NCBI RefSeq assembly: GCF_006345805.1
Contig: NC_043004.1
Location: forward strand, 6,014,001-6,078,000
DNA: 64,000 bases
Direction of reading: 5' to 3'
DNA from: Octopus sinensis
Lineage: Eukaryota
Position 1 is the first letter of the stretch, and each line of letters starts with the position of its first letter. Under the pieces are notes generated by a model. The model worked only from the letters and a program-made list of their open reading frames with translations, searched no databases and was not told the DNA's origin. This document shows, in pieces, positions 39,301 to 51,820 of the stretch. The position numbers were made by a program, and so were the translations under genes.

Positions 39301-42300
39301 AGGTTTCTTGTTGTAGAGAAGCTACATAACTACCCACGTTTTAGAAGAGGGGTGGGAGGGGGGAGAAGCTAGAAATCAGTGATGAGCTGATTTATGAAAA
39401 AAAAAACCATGATTACTTACTACAGAAAACTCAAATATTCTTTTTCTTTTCCAGAGAAGGAGATATCTACAATCTATTGCTAAATAACCTGGCAAACGAT
39501 AATTCTACAAATGCAAAAAATGTCACTTACAAAGAGGTCCGTGATTTTTTAAGGTAAGTTCATATGTCAGTTTTATCTTTTTAGAACTGTTTCTAACAAA
39601 CAGCTGTCTAAAGTTCTTTCTATTTTATCCATTTGCCTGTTTAAATCACAAAGTGACACACTGGGCATATTTCCCTGGTGTCTGCACATCACATATATAT
39701 TCCCAACTTTTTTTTTTTTTTTCAACCAGAGTAACTTAGTGTTTATGAAAGGAAAGCTTTATATTACTTAGAATTATGAAACAAGAACTAATTAAAAGTC
39801 TGCAAACAAGCATGGGCATTTAGAACAAACTTATGAAAATGTTTTGGACTGGAAATGGCTTGATGTGACAGTAAAGAAACTTCCAGATTTATTTATATAT
39901 AGTATATATATAATATAGAAAAATTGTGAGTTAGAGGTTATGCAACCGTCTAAGGGATAAATGTATCCATAGGTGTGTTACCTCACTTAGTTTTTAACAA
40001 GAGCATTATTTGTAATCATAGGGACTTATCTAGCAGTCACAAACAAAGTTATATATTACAATTAACAACACCAGATATTACTACTCGGTATAACTCCTTA
40101 ACTAACACCTCCTGTCAACTAGTCATTTTACCTGATTATTGCTCTATTCATCTAATTGAACCCAAAAAGGGCATAAAAATGTAAACCTAAAGACTTAAAA
40201 AACTTTCCTTTTTTCCTTTTTCTTTTCATTTCCCTTTTTCTCCTATTTATATTCCTCTGATAAACTCTAAATCATTCTGATGATGCTTGTTAAATAGAAT
40301 GAGATAAATGCAAATTTACTTCAAAATAACAAACCAAAACAGCTGTAAATTTTCTTGAACTACAATTAAGCTATGACCTTTTAATATCAATGATCAACTT
40401 CTAATTGTTAATTATTGCTCCATTTCTTTTCTTATATGATGTATAATATAATCATTGCAAAGATAGAAAGTTACCAAGCCTGCTACTAAAATTCACTGAT
40501 ATCAACAGATATTGAATTTCAATATTTTAAATGGTAAAAAGGCAGTAAACTTGCAGAATTATTAGCACGCTGGGCAAAATGCTTAGTGGCATTTCATGTC
40601 TTTACATTCTGAGTTCAAATTCTACCAAGATCCACTTTGCCTTTCATCCTTTCAGGGTTGATAAAATAAATGCTAGTTGAGCACTGGGGCTGAAGTAATC
40701 AGCTTACCCACTTTCCTGAAATTGCTGGCCTTATGCCAAAATTTGAAACCAATATCTTAAATGGTAAAAATAAATTTCAAACACATTTGTGTATATAATT
40801 AGTTGTAAACCTTATATACTAAAAAAAAAAAAATTATAAAAAAAATTAATGAATTAAAACTTAATAAATATTTGCTTAACTAAATAGTTCTGGTAGCAAC
40901 TGAAAATAATATGAATATTGTTGTAGTATCTTAATAACCTTTTCTTATCCTACAACAAACTTGAAAGATGCTGATATCTTTATTATATTCTGTGCCTGCA
41001 AGTCTGTATAATGATCCATGCTCTTTTTCCCCTGCTCTCCCAAATTTTCAAAATAGTCTTTGTAGAATAAAGTATTAATTTCTTATACTAACACACAGCC
41101 AGCATTTATAGGAGAGAGGTATGATATTTGAGCATATTTTATCGATCCCTATAGAGATGAAAGGCAAAATGGAATTCCTTTATTTTAATTATTTCAGTCA
41201 TTGGACTACAGCTATGCTGGACCACTGCCTCAGAAGTTTTAGTTGACCAAATCAATCTCAGTACTTAGTTTTTAAGTATGTTTGTTCTTCTGTTAGTCTC
41301 TTAAAAAAAATTTTAAAGATTGCTTCAGTACTGATCTGTGGCTGAAAAATAACTAATGTTGTTACTTTTCAATATTTCAAGCAGTTTAAGGTAGCAAACT
41401 AGCAGAATCATTTGTTCACCAGGCAAAATGCTTAGCAGCACTTTGTTTTTATATTCATCATCATCATCATCATCATTTAACATCCGTTTTCCATGCTGGC
41501 ATGGGTTGGCTGGTTTGATTGAGGTCTGGAGAGCCAGCGTCTGCACCAGGCTCCAATCTGATCTGGCAGTGTTTCTACAACTGGATGCCCTTCCTAACGT
41601 CAACCACTCCAAGAGTGTAGTGGGTGCTTTTTATATACCACTGGCACAGGAGCCAGTCAGGCGGGCCTGGCATCAATCATGTTTGGCTGGTGCTTTTTAA
41701 GTGCCACTGGCACAAGAGCCAGTCAGGGGGGTACTGGCATTAGCCACGATTGGTTGGTGCTTTTTACATGCCATCTGCACTGGAGCCAGTCAGGTGGACC
41801 TGGCATCAATCATGTTTAGATGGTGCTTTTTGTGTGCTATCAGCACAGGAGCCAGCCTGGGGGTACTGGGATCAGCCGAGTTCAAAGTTTACCAAGGTTG
41901 ACTTTACCTTTCATTCTTTAGTGTTTGATAAAAATAAGTACCACTTGATCACTGGGGGTCAATGTAATAGACTACCCCCTCAAAAAATTGCTGGCCTTGT
42001 GACAAAATGTGAAACCAACATTTCAAACAGTTTGTACCACCATTACCAAAAATATAATTGGAGCAAACAATTTCCTTTTCTTCACATGCTTAAAGTTTTC
42101 TGGTTTTTTTGTTTTTTGTTTTTGTTTTTTTTTTCACATGTTTGACTCAAAAGAAAGACAAAAACCAATTTTTCAATTTCCGTAAAATCAATATAAATGC
42201 TATTGTATGCAATATGTTGAAGAATTTGGCATAATTTCAAATCATTCTCATTTCTTAAAAAGTGATTGATGTTTAAAAAATTCTTTACTTTGGGTATTAT

Positions 42301-45300
42301 TTGCTTAATATTGAATTTTGTGGCAGCCAATATGATATTGTATTTATAGATTTAGATGCCAAGGAAATGAGGTATTGAAGTTTGTGTCAAAAATTTCATC
42401 TCATCATGCGGTAAAATAGCTTTTAGTTTTTTATTCAAACAAGATTCTTTAATTGCTAAGATATTTCTTTCTTTTTTTTTTTCCCCCAAGATTTCTGTGT
42501 GTAAAATTACCATGTAGGCATGGCTGTATGGTTAAAAAGCTTGCTTTACAATCTTGTGGCTTCAAGTTCAGTCTCACTACACAGCATCTTGAGCAAGTGT
42601 CTTCTCCTATGGCCCAGGGCTAGCTAATGTTTTGTAAGTGAATTTGATAGATGGAAACTGTGTGGAAGCTCATTTGCATATACATGTGTGTGTCTTTGTG
42701 ATTGTACTGTGTCTTAACCCCCACCACTTGACAACAGGTGTTGGTATGTTTACTTCCCCATAACTTATCAGTTTGACAGAAGTGACTGATAGAATAAGTA
42801 CCAGACTTCAAGAAAAAAAAAGCCCAGAGGTCGATTTGTTGAATTGAAACCCTCCAAGGCTGTACTCTCGCATGGCCACAGTCCAGTGACTGAAACAAGT
42901 AAAAGAAGATGCCTTGTCTTACATCAAAGAGGTATATTCTTTGTCTTTGCAAATAGAAGTCTCTATACTGTTTATGATTGGTAACCGAAATTTCCTTTCC
43001 TTGAAAATATTCAGTCACTACATTATATTCTTGTTGTTCTTCCTGTTTAGTAATGTGATTTTGTTGCTGCAAAAGTTTTCATTTTACACAATAATTTTGT
43101 ATTTATCTTTTATTCTGCAGGCAACTCTATACAACGCAGTGTGCTGACACTCTTGTACAAGAGTTTCTCAGGAAACTTTCCAATGAAAATACTTCAGAGA
43201 ACGACATCCTTGCTGAGTCATCGTGTGTGAATGGTAACCCTGAGGATAGCACAGAGTTGGAGCCGTACTCAGAACATGCTGAAACATCTCTTAACAATGG
43301 CTTCCACATTCCTATACAGAGAGCTAAAGCAATTCCCACCAAGAAGTCATCTCCATATTTCCTGTATAATTATGGAGGTGGCAGCACCAGCAGCAGTTAT
43401 AGCAGCAGTCATGGCAGCAGTGTTACTGAAATGTCTTGTTCTTCTGTTTTATCTTCTTCTCTGAGCAGTGGTAACGGTAGCTTTATTGAGCTAGCAAGAC
43501 CCAGCAAGAGCTATGGCTCGCACCAATCTGTTGAAAATATCAGCCCTTCAATAAGTCCAGAAGCCCAACGCCAACAGTTCAATGAGATTCGGCAAGCTTC
43601 GTTTGTCAATTGTGATACTGTTGTTGCACCACCAGAAGAAACAGCCAAAGATGTACAAGAACCCACCTCAGAAACTATTACAAGTAGTTTATTAGCCTGT
43701 CAGCGGCTTCCAGATTTGATTACAACGTCGACCAGTCTGCCACATGAGGCCTGTTGTAAACTTGGTAGTCAGTTATTACGGATGCTTTTACAGGGAACTA
43801 CAACAAACTGTGTTTTAACAGCACGTACCCAAGACTTTCGCAGTCACAAGTAAGAAATCTAAAAACTTGAAAAGCATAAATGCATTTATAGAAGTTGCGT
43901 GATATGAATGTTAGCAAACCTTTCTCTATATCTAGATAGATAAAACTGATTTTCTGTATTTGATGGCGTTAAAGACATCCAGGCGTATTAGACACAGTCC
44001 CATTTCAGTTGCACATATTTAGGAAAAAGTGAGTGTAAGGGACAAAATCAGCTTATGGGAAGCCCAGCTTTGCTCATAGGACCCAGGACAACTTATTTTT
44101 CCTTTCAAACATTTCTTTGGTAAAAAAGTGTCTTACATATATAGAATTAATGAAAATTTTATTTATAAATTCCCATCTCAAATTCAACATTGCATTTTTT
44201 ATTGAAAGTATTTACAAATATGCAAGCTTTTGAATTACATGAATATAATTTAATTTGAAGGCAGCCTGTTAATATAAATGATGAGTTGCTTTCCCCAAGT
44301 TGAATTGTTGCATGGTTTTGTGTAAAGAGAACAAAATTTTGTTTTAGTGCTTTACTGAGTTATTACAGAAAATATAATTGTTCAGCCTTAAATAATGTTT
44401 CATTTATGGTTTTTAAATCATCCTAAGACTGATTTCACTTTTCTCCTTAAATTTGCCCCTACACCTCCCCTTATCCATCACTCCCTGCATCCACCCTTCA
44501 ACTCCACTCAATCTTTACAACTGTTGCCTCTCTCCTCCTCCCATTTCTTGTCACCTCATACACTCCTGCAAACTCCTACACATCCGTACTCTTAGTTCTA
44601 TTTATTCACCTTCTACTTCAAGGGGCCAACTGAACACCTCATCACCACTATTTGTCTCTTTGCAGCTCTTACTGATCATTCCATCCTCTCTTCTAAATAT
44701 GAGTAACCATGTAAGCTCATCTATAACAAGGATCTGCTCTGTCTCCCATCTCTCAAACTCTAACCCCTCATCTCTTAGCCTAAAGCTGATCCCACCCCAC
44801 TTTCAGCCTTCATAGTCTCTCACAAGCTGCATGGTAACCTCACTATTACCAATTTTTATTAAAAAAGCACCTAGTACACTCAGTAAAGTGGTTGGCATTT
44901 AGGAAAGGCCTTCAACCATAGAAACCATGCCAAAGCTGACATGGGAGCACAAGGCAGCCCTTGGACTCATTGGGTTCTGTCAAATCATCCTATGTATTTA
45001 TTTTTCATTAGCTGGCCTCAAGAAGAGCAGTGCCTTAAAGGTATTTCTCAATTGGAATGTAAGGATATTTCTGTGTGATTAATATCATTGGTGATCAATA
45101 TCGTTTTAACTTATTGTTGTCAGAGAGAAAGGCATTGGCAGAAAGAGAATACTACAGAGATGAAGTTCTGTGTTTGTAGCATTCAATTGTATTTTGTGTA
45201 AAAAGACAGTAACCGTTTAAAGCTGAAAATTTTTCTGACTCTGAAGAAGAGACCTAGCCACTGTGATGTAGTATTGGCTTTGTTAAGTGTGCATGTGTAT

Positions 45301-47187
45301 GGTTATCAGGTAGTTCTCTTGCAGTCACTGGTAATTATGCATAACCAAATGCAGGTAACACCAACCATAAATCTTCCCTAATATCTACAATTCTCATCTG
45401 ATTTACATTAACTCTGAATGGAGATGGGAAATATCCTGGAATGGAATATGGACATGAATTAATCTTATTCAACTACATCAAGACACAGAAATTAAACCTA
45501 AAATAATACTGTTCTTCATTTGTTAGTACTTTCAAGGTTCTCTGCGTTGTTGCTGTTTAAGGTAGCAATTAGCAGAATCATTAGCACTCCAGATGAAATG
45601 CTCAATGGCATTTCATCCATCTTTTTACATTCTGAGTTCAAACTCTGTCTATGCCAATTGAACACTGAGGTTAATGTAATCAATTAGCCCCTTCTCCAAA
45701 ATTTCATCCTTTGTGCCTATAATAGAAAGAATTATTAGTATTATTCTTAACATTTTCCCTTGGTATCTGCTGTTTTATACATTATATATTGGGTACCATA
45801 TAGACACCCGGGGGAGATAATGGAAATGATGTTCTTTATACATTGGATAATTTATATGTAGGAAGGGCATCCAGCTGTAGAAACACTGCCAGATCTGACT
45901 GGAGCCTGGTGCAGCCTTCGGGCTCCCCAGACCCCAGTTGAACCGTCCAACCCATGCTAGCATGGAAAGCGGACGTTAAATGATGATGATGATGATGATG
46001 ATGAGAAGCATTAGGATTAGGTAATTGTTTTTAAAAAAGCATATATGTGCATGAGTGTTTAATAGAGTCCTACCGCATGGCACCTTGGGCAAAAGTCTTC
46101 TACTTTAGCCTTGGGCCAACCAAAGCCTTGTGATTGGATTTGGTAGACGGAAACTGAAAGAAGTCCGTCATATATATGTATATATATATATAATATATAT
46201 ATATATATATGTGTGTGTATATGTTTGTGTGTCTGTGTTTTTCCCCACCAACATCGCTTGACAACTGATGTTGGTCATTTACATCCCCGTAACTTAGCAG
46301 TTTGGTAAAAGAGACCGATAGAATAAGTACTTGGCTTCCAAAGAATAAGTCCTGGGGTCGATTTGCTCGACTAAAAAGGGGGTGCTCCAGCATGGCCACA
46401 GTCAAATGACTGAAACAAGTTAAAGAGTAAAAAGACAGAGTATAAAACTATGAAATTTAAGGTGATAGTGCTCCTTGCAAAATGTACAATGTCTATTAGA
46501 ATTATTTTCTGTAATTTTCGTTATTGTTATTAAAGTGGTGAGCTGGCAGAATTGTGAGTACACGGGATGAAATGCTTAGCGGTATTTCGCCTGTCGCTCT
46601 GTTCTGAGTTCAAATTATGCCAAGGTTGACTTTGCTTTCTATCCTATCGAGGTTGATAAAAATTAGTACCTGTTGAAAACTGGGGTCGATGTAATTGATT
46701 TAACCCCCTCCCCCAAAATTGCTGCCCTTGTGGCAAAATTTGAAACCATTATTATTATTAACAATAATAATTTTATTATTATTAATTTTTTTTATTATTA
46801 TTTATTTTGTCAGGTGTATTTTAGCAAGCAGATCAAAATATTTCTATTCTATGTTTAATGGATCATGGGCAGAGACAGATGCTGAGAAATTACATTTAGA
46901 GAGGTAATTTTTTTTTTTTTTTTTACTCTTTTCTATCTAGAAATTGTTGAAAAATAATTGTATTTAATGTTTAGTAAACTAAGAGGTCATATCCTTTGTA
47001 GGGTTTTGTAAAATCTGTTTTATATTTAGTATTAAAGCTATTGATATATAGCTTCAATAACAGACAGTCAGTCAAAATCCATTGAAACAGTTGCAAAAAC
47101 AGCTTTCTAGAATAAATAAATAAATAAATAAATGGAAAATTGAACTGGTGAGTGTGTTATATCAAAACACTATGTCTCTCCCTAGAC

Positions 47188-47218
<31 letters not shown>

Positions 47219-50200
47219 ATTAATTATTGGACTGGCTCTTGTGCTGGTGACATGTAAAAAGCGCCCACTACACTCTCAGAGTAGTTGGCACTAGGAAGGG
47301 CATCCAGCTGTAGAAACCAGGGCAGATCAGATTGGAGCCTGGCGCAGCCTCCTGGCTTGCCAGTCCTCAGTCAAACCATCTAACCCATGCCAGCATGGAA
47401 AGCAGACGTTAAACAATAATGATGATAAAACAATACAATGTGCATTGTGACCAACAATATATGACATCTGATTGTCTGGTTGATACCATGATGAACTTAA
47501 TCTATATGTGAACTGTACTGTTTTGTTGTACTAATTCTATTCTAGATAAAATATTTTCTCTAAATGAAGAAAATGTAGTTTTTCTGTACATAGAGAATAC
47601 ACTTTAACCAAATCTATCTTATATTTATTTTGTCTAAAATTAATTCCTTTTCTTTGATGACTTGTATTTATATATATATATATATACACTTTGAAATGAT
47701 TGCATTTTTCTTTTTCCTTTTTACAGTATCAGTTCAGTTGTTTTGGAACAATTACTACTTTTTCTATATGGTGGTGTTGTTGATCTCATTGATAATTGCG
47801 ATGTGGTAGAACTGCTGGTAATCGCAGATATGTATGCCATCGATGGACTCAAAGATGTTGTCTGCTTTAATTTGCGATATGAAAAGTGTCACTTCTTTCA
47901 TAAGGTAAACATTTTAATTAACCTGTTTTTTAAAATTAATTTAACCTTTTAGTGTTTAAACCAGCCATATTTGGCCCAAAATATTCAGTTTTATATTCAA
48001 ACCAATCAGGTCTGATCTCTAACACCTACCTGCCACACATACAAAATGTCATTCTAAAAATAAACAATAGCATCATCAAAATGCATGAATAATTCAAAAT
48101 TAATGGGAATAAATAAGCATTACATTTGACCGAGTAATTTGAATGTTAATCTTTTTAATATTACCACTTTACTCTTTTACTTGTTTCAGTCATTTGACTG
48201 AAGCCATTTTGGAGCATAGCCTTTAGTCGAGCAAATTGACCCCAGCACTTATTCTTTGGAAGCCTAGTACTTATTCTATCGGTCTCTTTTGCCAAACTGC
48301 TAAGTTACAGGGACGTAAACACATCACCATTGGTTGTCAAGCAATCTTGGGGGGGGGACAAACATATACACACACATCCATATACATATATATGATGAGC
48401 TTCTTTCAGTTTCCGTCTACCAAATCCATTCACAAGGCTTTGGTCAGCCCGAAGCTATAGTAGAAGACACTTGCCCAAGGTGCCACGCAGTGGAAATGAA
48501 CCTGGAACCATGTGGTTGGTAAGCAAGCTACTTATCACACAGCCACTCCTGCGCCTACACCATTTACAAAATATAAGGTCCTGTTCCCTTACGGTTTGAT
48601 TTTGTTAATCTTTGACATAATAGAAAAGTTGTGAGTAATAGTTATTTATTAATGTCAGTGTGCATACTCGACAGAGTGTAAGTGCCTTGACAGAAAAGCT
48701 GGATGTAAGAAGCATGAGATGTGGTGTGCAAGAGAGACGTTTGTGCTGGTATGGTCATATGGTGAGAATGGTTGAGGATAGCTGTGTGAAAAAGTGTCAC
48801 ACCCTAGCGGTTGAGGGAACCTGTGGAAGAGGTAGACCCAGGATGACCTAGGATGAGGTGATGAAGCACAACCTTCAAACATTAGGCCTCATCGAGGCAA
48901 TGACTAATGACCAAGACCTTTGGAAATATGCTGTGCTTGAGAAGACCTGGCAAGCCAAGTGAGACCATAACCCGTGGCCTTATGCCAGTGGTGTAACCAG
49001 CTCACTTATGTGTACCTTTCCCTCATTGGACACTAAACTTTGCTTGCGAAGACCTGTTGAAGCAAGTGAAATCAAAATTAAATTCGATGACAGCACCACA
49101 TGACTGGCATCTGTGCTAGTGGAGCGCTAAGAGCACCATCCGAGCGTGATCGTTACCAGCATCACTTTACTGGCACTTGTGAAAAACATTTGAGTGAGGT
49201 GGAATGGCTCCTGTGCATGTGGCACGTAAAAAACACCATTTGAGTATGGCCGTTGCCAGTACCGCCTGACTGGCCCTCGTGCTGGTGGCATGTAAAAGCA
49301 CCCAGTTCACTCTTGGAGTGGTTGGCATCCAACTATAGAAACTCTGCCAGATCAGATTGGAGCCTGGTGCAGCCATCTGGCTCGCCAGTCCTCAGTCAAA
49401 CTGTCCAACCCATGCCAGCATGGAAAGCAGACATTAAACAATGATGATGGTGATGATAAATATCACAGTCAATGTGCTGCTTTAAATTTCAAATATTTAG
49501 ATTTATTATTTATGTTTCTAAGTGTGAACTTCAGTTGCATTACCTGTTACTGACACTTCATTGGGCAAACCATCTATTGTAATAACATTCATTCAACCCA
49601 ATATTTAACCCATTATTATTTATAGCTTTGTCTGCTTCAAGTTCTACAGTTAAAAAAGATAAATGAATAAATAAAAAATTATTTCACAATCTGTTTGTAA
49701 ATTCTCATGATGTAAACAAAAATATGATTCTCATGGTAAGAATCTTCTAAAGTGGTTGGAGAATTCTGAAGGCTTGCTTTGGCACAATGGTAGAACATCT
49801 GTCATGTTTACAGATGTAGGTTTGAATCTCATGGGCATCCTTTGACTTTTTCTATCTAACAGGTTTTTTTCACCCAATATTTACATGCTTTTATTTATAG
49901 CTTTATCTACTTAGAATTCCACCATAAAAATCTGATACGGTCCGTATTTGGGGCTATCGATATTAAACTGATTTTTAGAACGAGGCGAAGTGTTAGGGGC
50001 TTGCTCCACATTTGCCACGGGTGGCCTGGTATTGCAGTGCTTCCAGGATTCAGCCGTTTTTAGGCACAGGAGTGGCTGTGTGGTAAGTAGCTTGCTTACC
50101 AACCACATGGTTCCGGGTTCAGTCCCACTGCATGGCACCTTGGGCAAGTGACTTCTACTATAGCCTCGGGCCGACCAGAGCCTTGTGAGTGGATTTGGTA

Positions 50201-51787
50201 GACGGAAACTGAAAGAAGCTCACCGTATATATATATATGTTTATGTTTGTGCCCCCCAACATCGCTTGACAACTGATGATGTGTTTACGTCCCCATAACT
50301 TAGCGGTTCGGCAAAAGAGACCAATAGAATAAGTACTAGGCTTACAAATAAGTCCTGGGTCGATTTGCTCGACTAAAGGCAGTGCTCCAGCATGGCCTCA
50401 GTCAAATGACTGAAACAAGTAAAGGAGTAAAGAGAGAATATTTATGCTGGTAACTGTGAAAATGCTTGAGCAATAATTTCTACCATCAAATAATTTATCA
50501 ATAATCATTCTAAAAATAATTTAAATATTTTTTACATACAAAGTAACTTAGTAGTATTGCAGATGTATTGTTACTGTTAATCTAAACATCATTGAATGTA
50601 TGATTTTTATTTATCTTTCAAGCCATGTCCTGGTTGCATTGCTGGAGTTCCAGAGGTGTTTGTCTTGTCAAAGATGTATAACATGGCTGATTTGTATGAA
50701 CGTTGCCTTAAGTGGATCAACAAAAACTTCAGCAAAGTATGGCCAACCAAGTCCTTTTCTATGATGCATGACAACCTCATGAATGCGTGCTGTCAGAGAG
50801 CAATCAAAGATATGGTATAATGCAACTATTTACTCAGTTTTTTTTTCTTTTGCTGTTTATAGACTTTGAAAGTGTGTGTGTGTGTGTGTCATATATACAT
50901 ATATGTCTTGCAAACATATAAGGGTGCAATGGATAAATTGTTGCCTTTCATATTAATTCTGTGCATTGTTTGTTTTTGATTTTGTCAACTAAACAGTATA
51001 GTAGGGTCAGCTGGGCACTATCAGTGAGAAAAACTGCACCATGACTCAGTTCATTTTGCCAGAAATTTGGAAACGACATACTGTAATACTTGGCATTTAC
51101 TCCGGAAGCTCCAATATGAACAGATGAACACACAGAACAACCGTTGGCTTGCCGTGTCCCTAAAATGTACCGAGAGTGGTAAAAATCAAACATCCAGTTG
51201 ACATCATGGTATTTGGAGTGATCACTAGTGATGGTAACGTTATGCCTCCATTCATCTTCCCACACAGTCTCAGACTCAACACAAAGGCCTACATCAAGTG
51301 CCTGGAGGAGGCAGGGCTGCCCTGGGTCAAGAGTGTAGCTGCTGGAAGACCTATGTCTTGTAACAGGACTCTGCACCATGTCACACAAGTAGGGGAATCC
51401 AGTCATGGTTGCCAGACAATTTCTGCAACCACATCACCTTTAACATCTGACCACCTAACTCCCCAGACTGCAAACCCACAGTTGAGGGAGAGACCAACAA
51501 AACTCCTTGTAACAACGAAGATGAACTGAAGGCAAGGATTATGGCAGCATTCACCAACTTAAACAAGGAGACAGTCCAGAAGAGTTGCAGGAGATTCTAA
51601 AGTCATCTGGAGGCATGGTTGAAGCCAATGGCAATTTTATTGAACAAATTTACTCTTTAGTATTCCAAGTTATTGTAATGTAATTTTGGTAAATATATCT
51701 GTTAAAATGAGATGTCAGTGTTATTTTCATTTTTGTGTAATTTAGACAGTATATTCATCGCACCCTGTATGTATGTGTGTGTGTATG

Positions 51788-51820
<33 letters not shown>

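Noticed and set aside
44395-44815. C-rich ORFs
   Set aside because: Antisense of a purine-rich decayed LINE fragment.
45241-45330. CTGAAGA-agaga...tctct as a long-stem hammerhead
   Set aside because: GAAA half is absent; too decayed to support.
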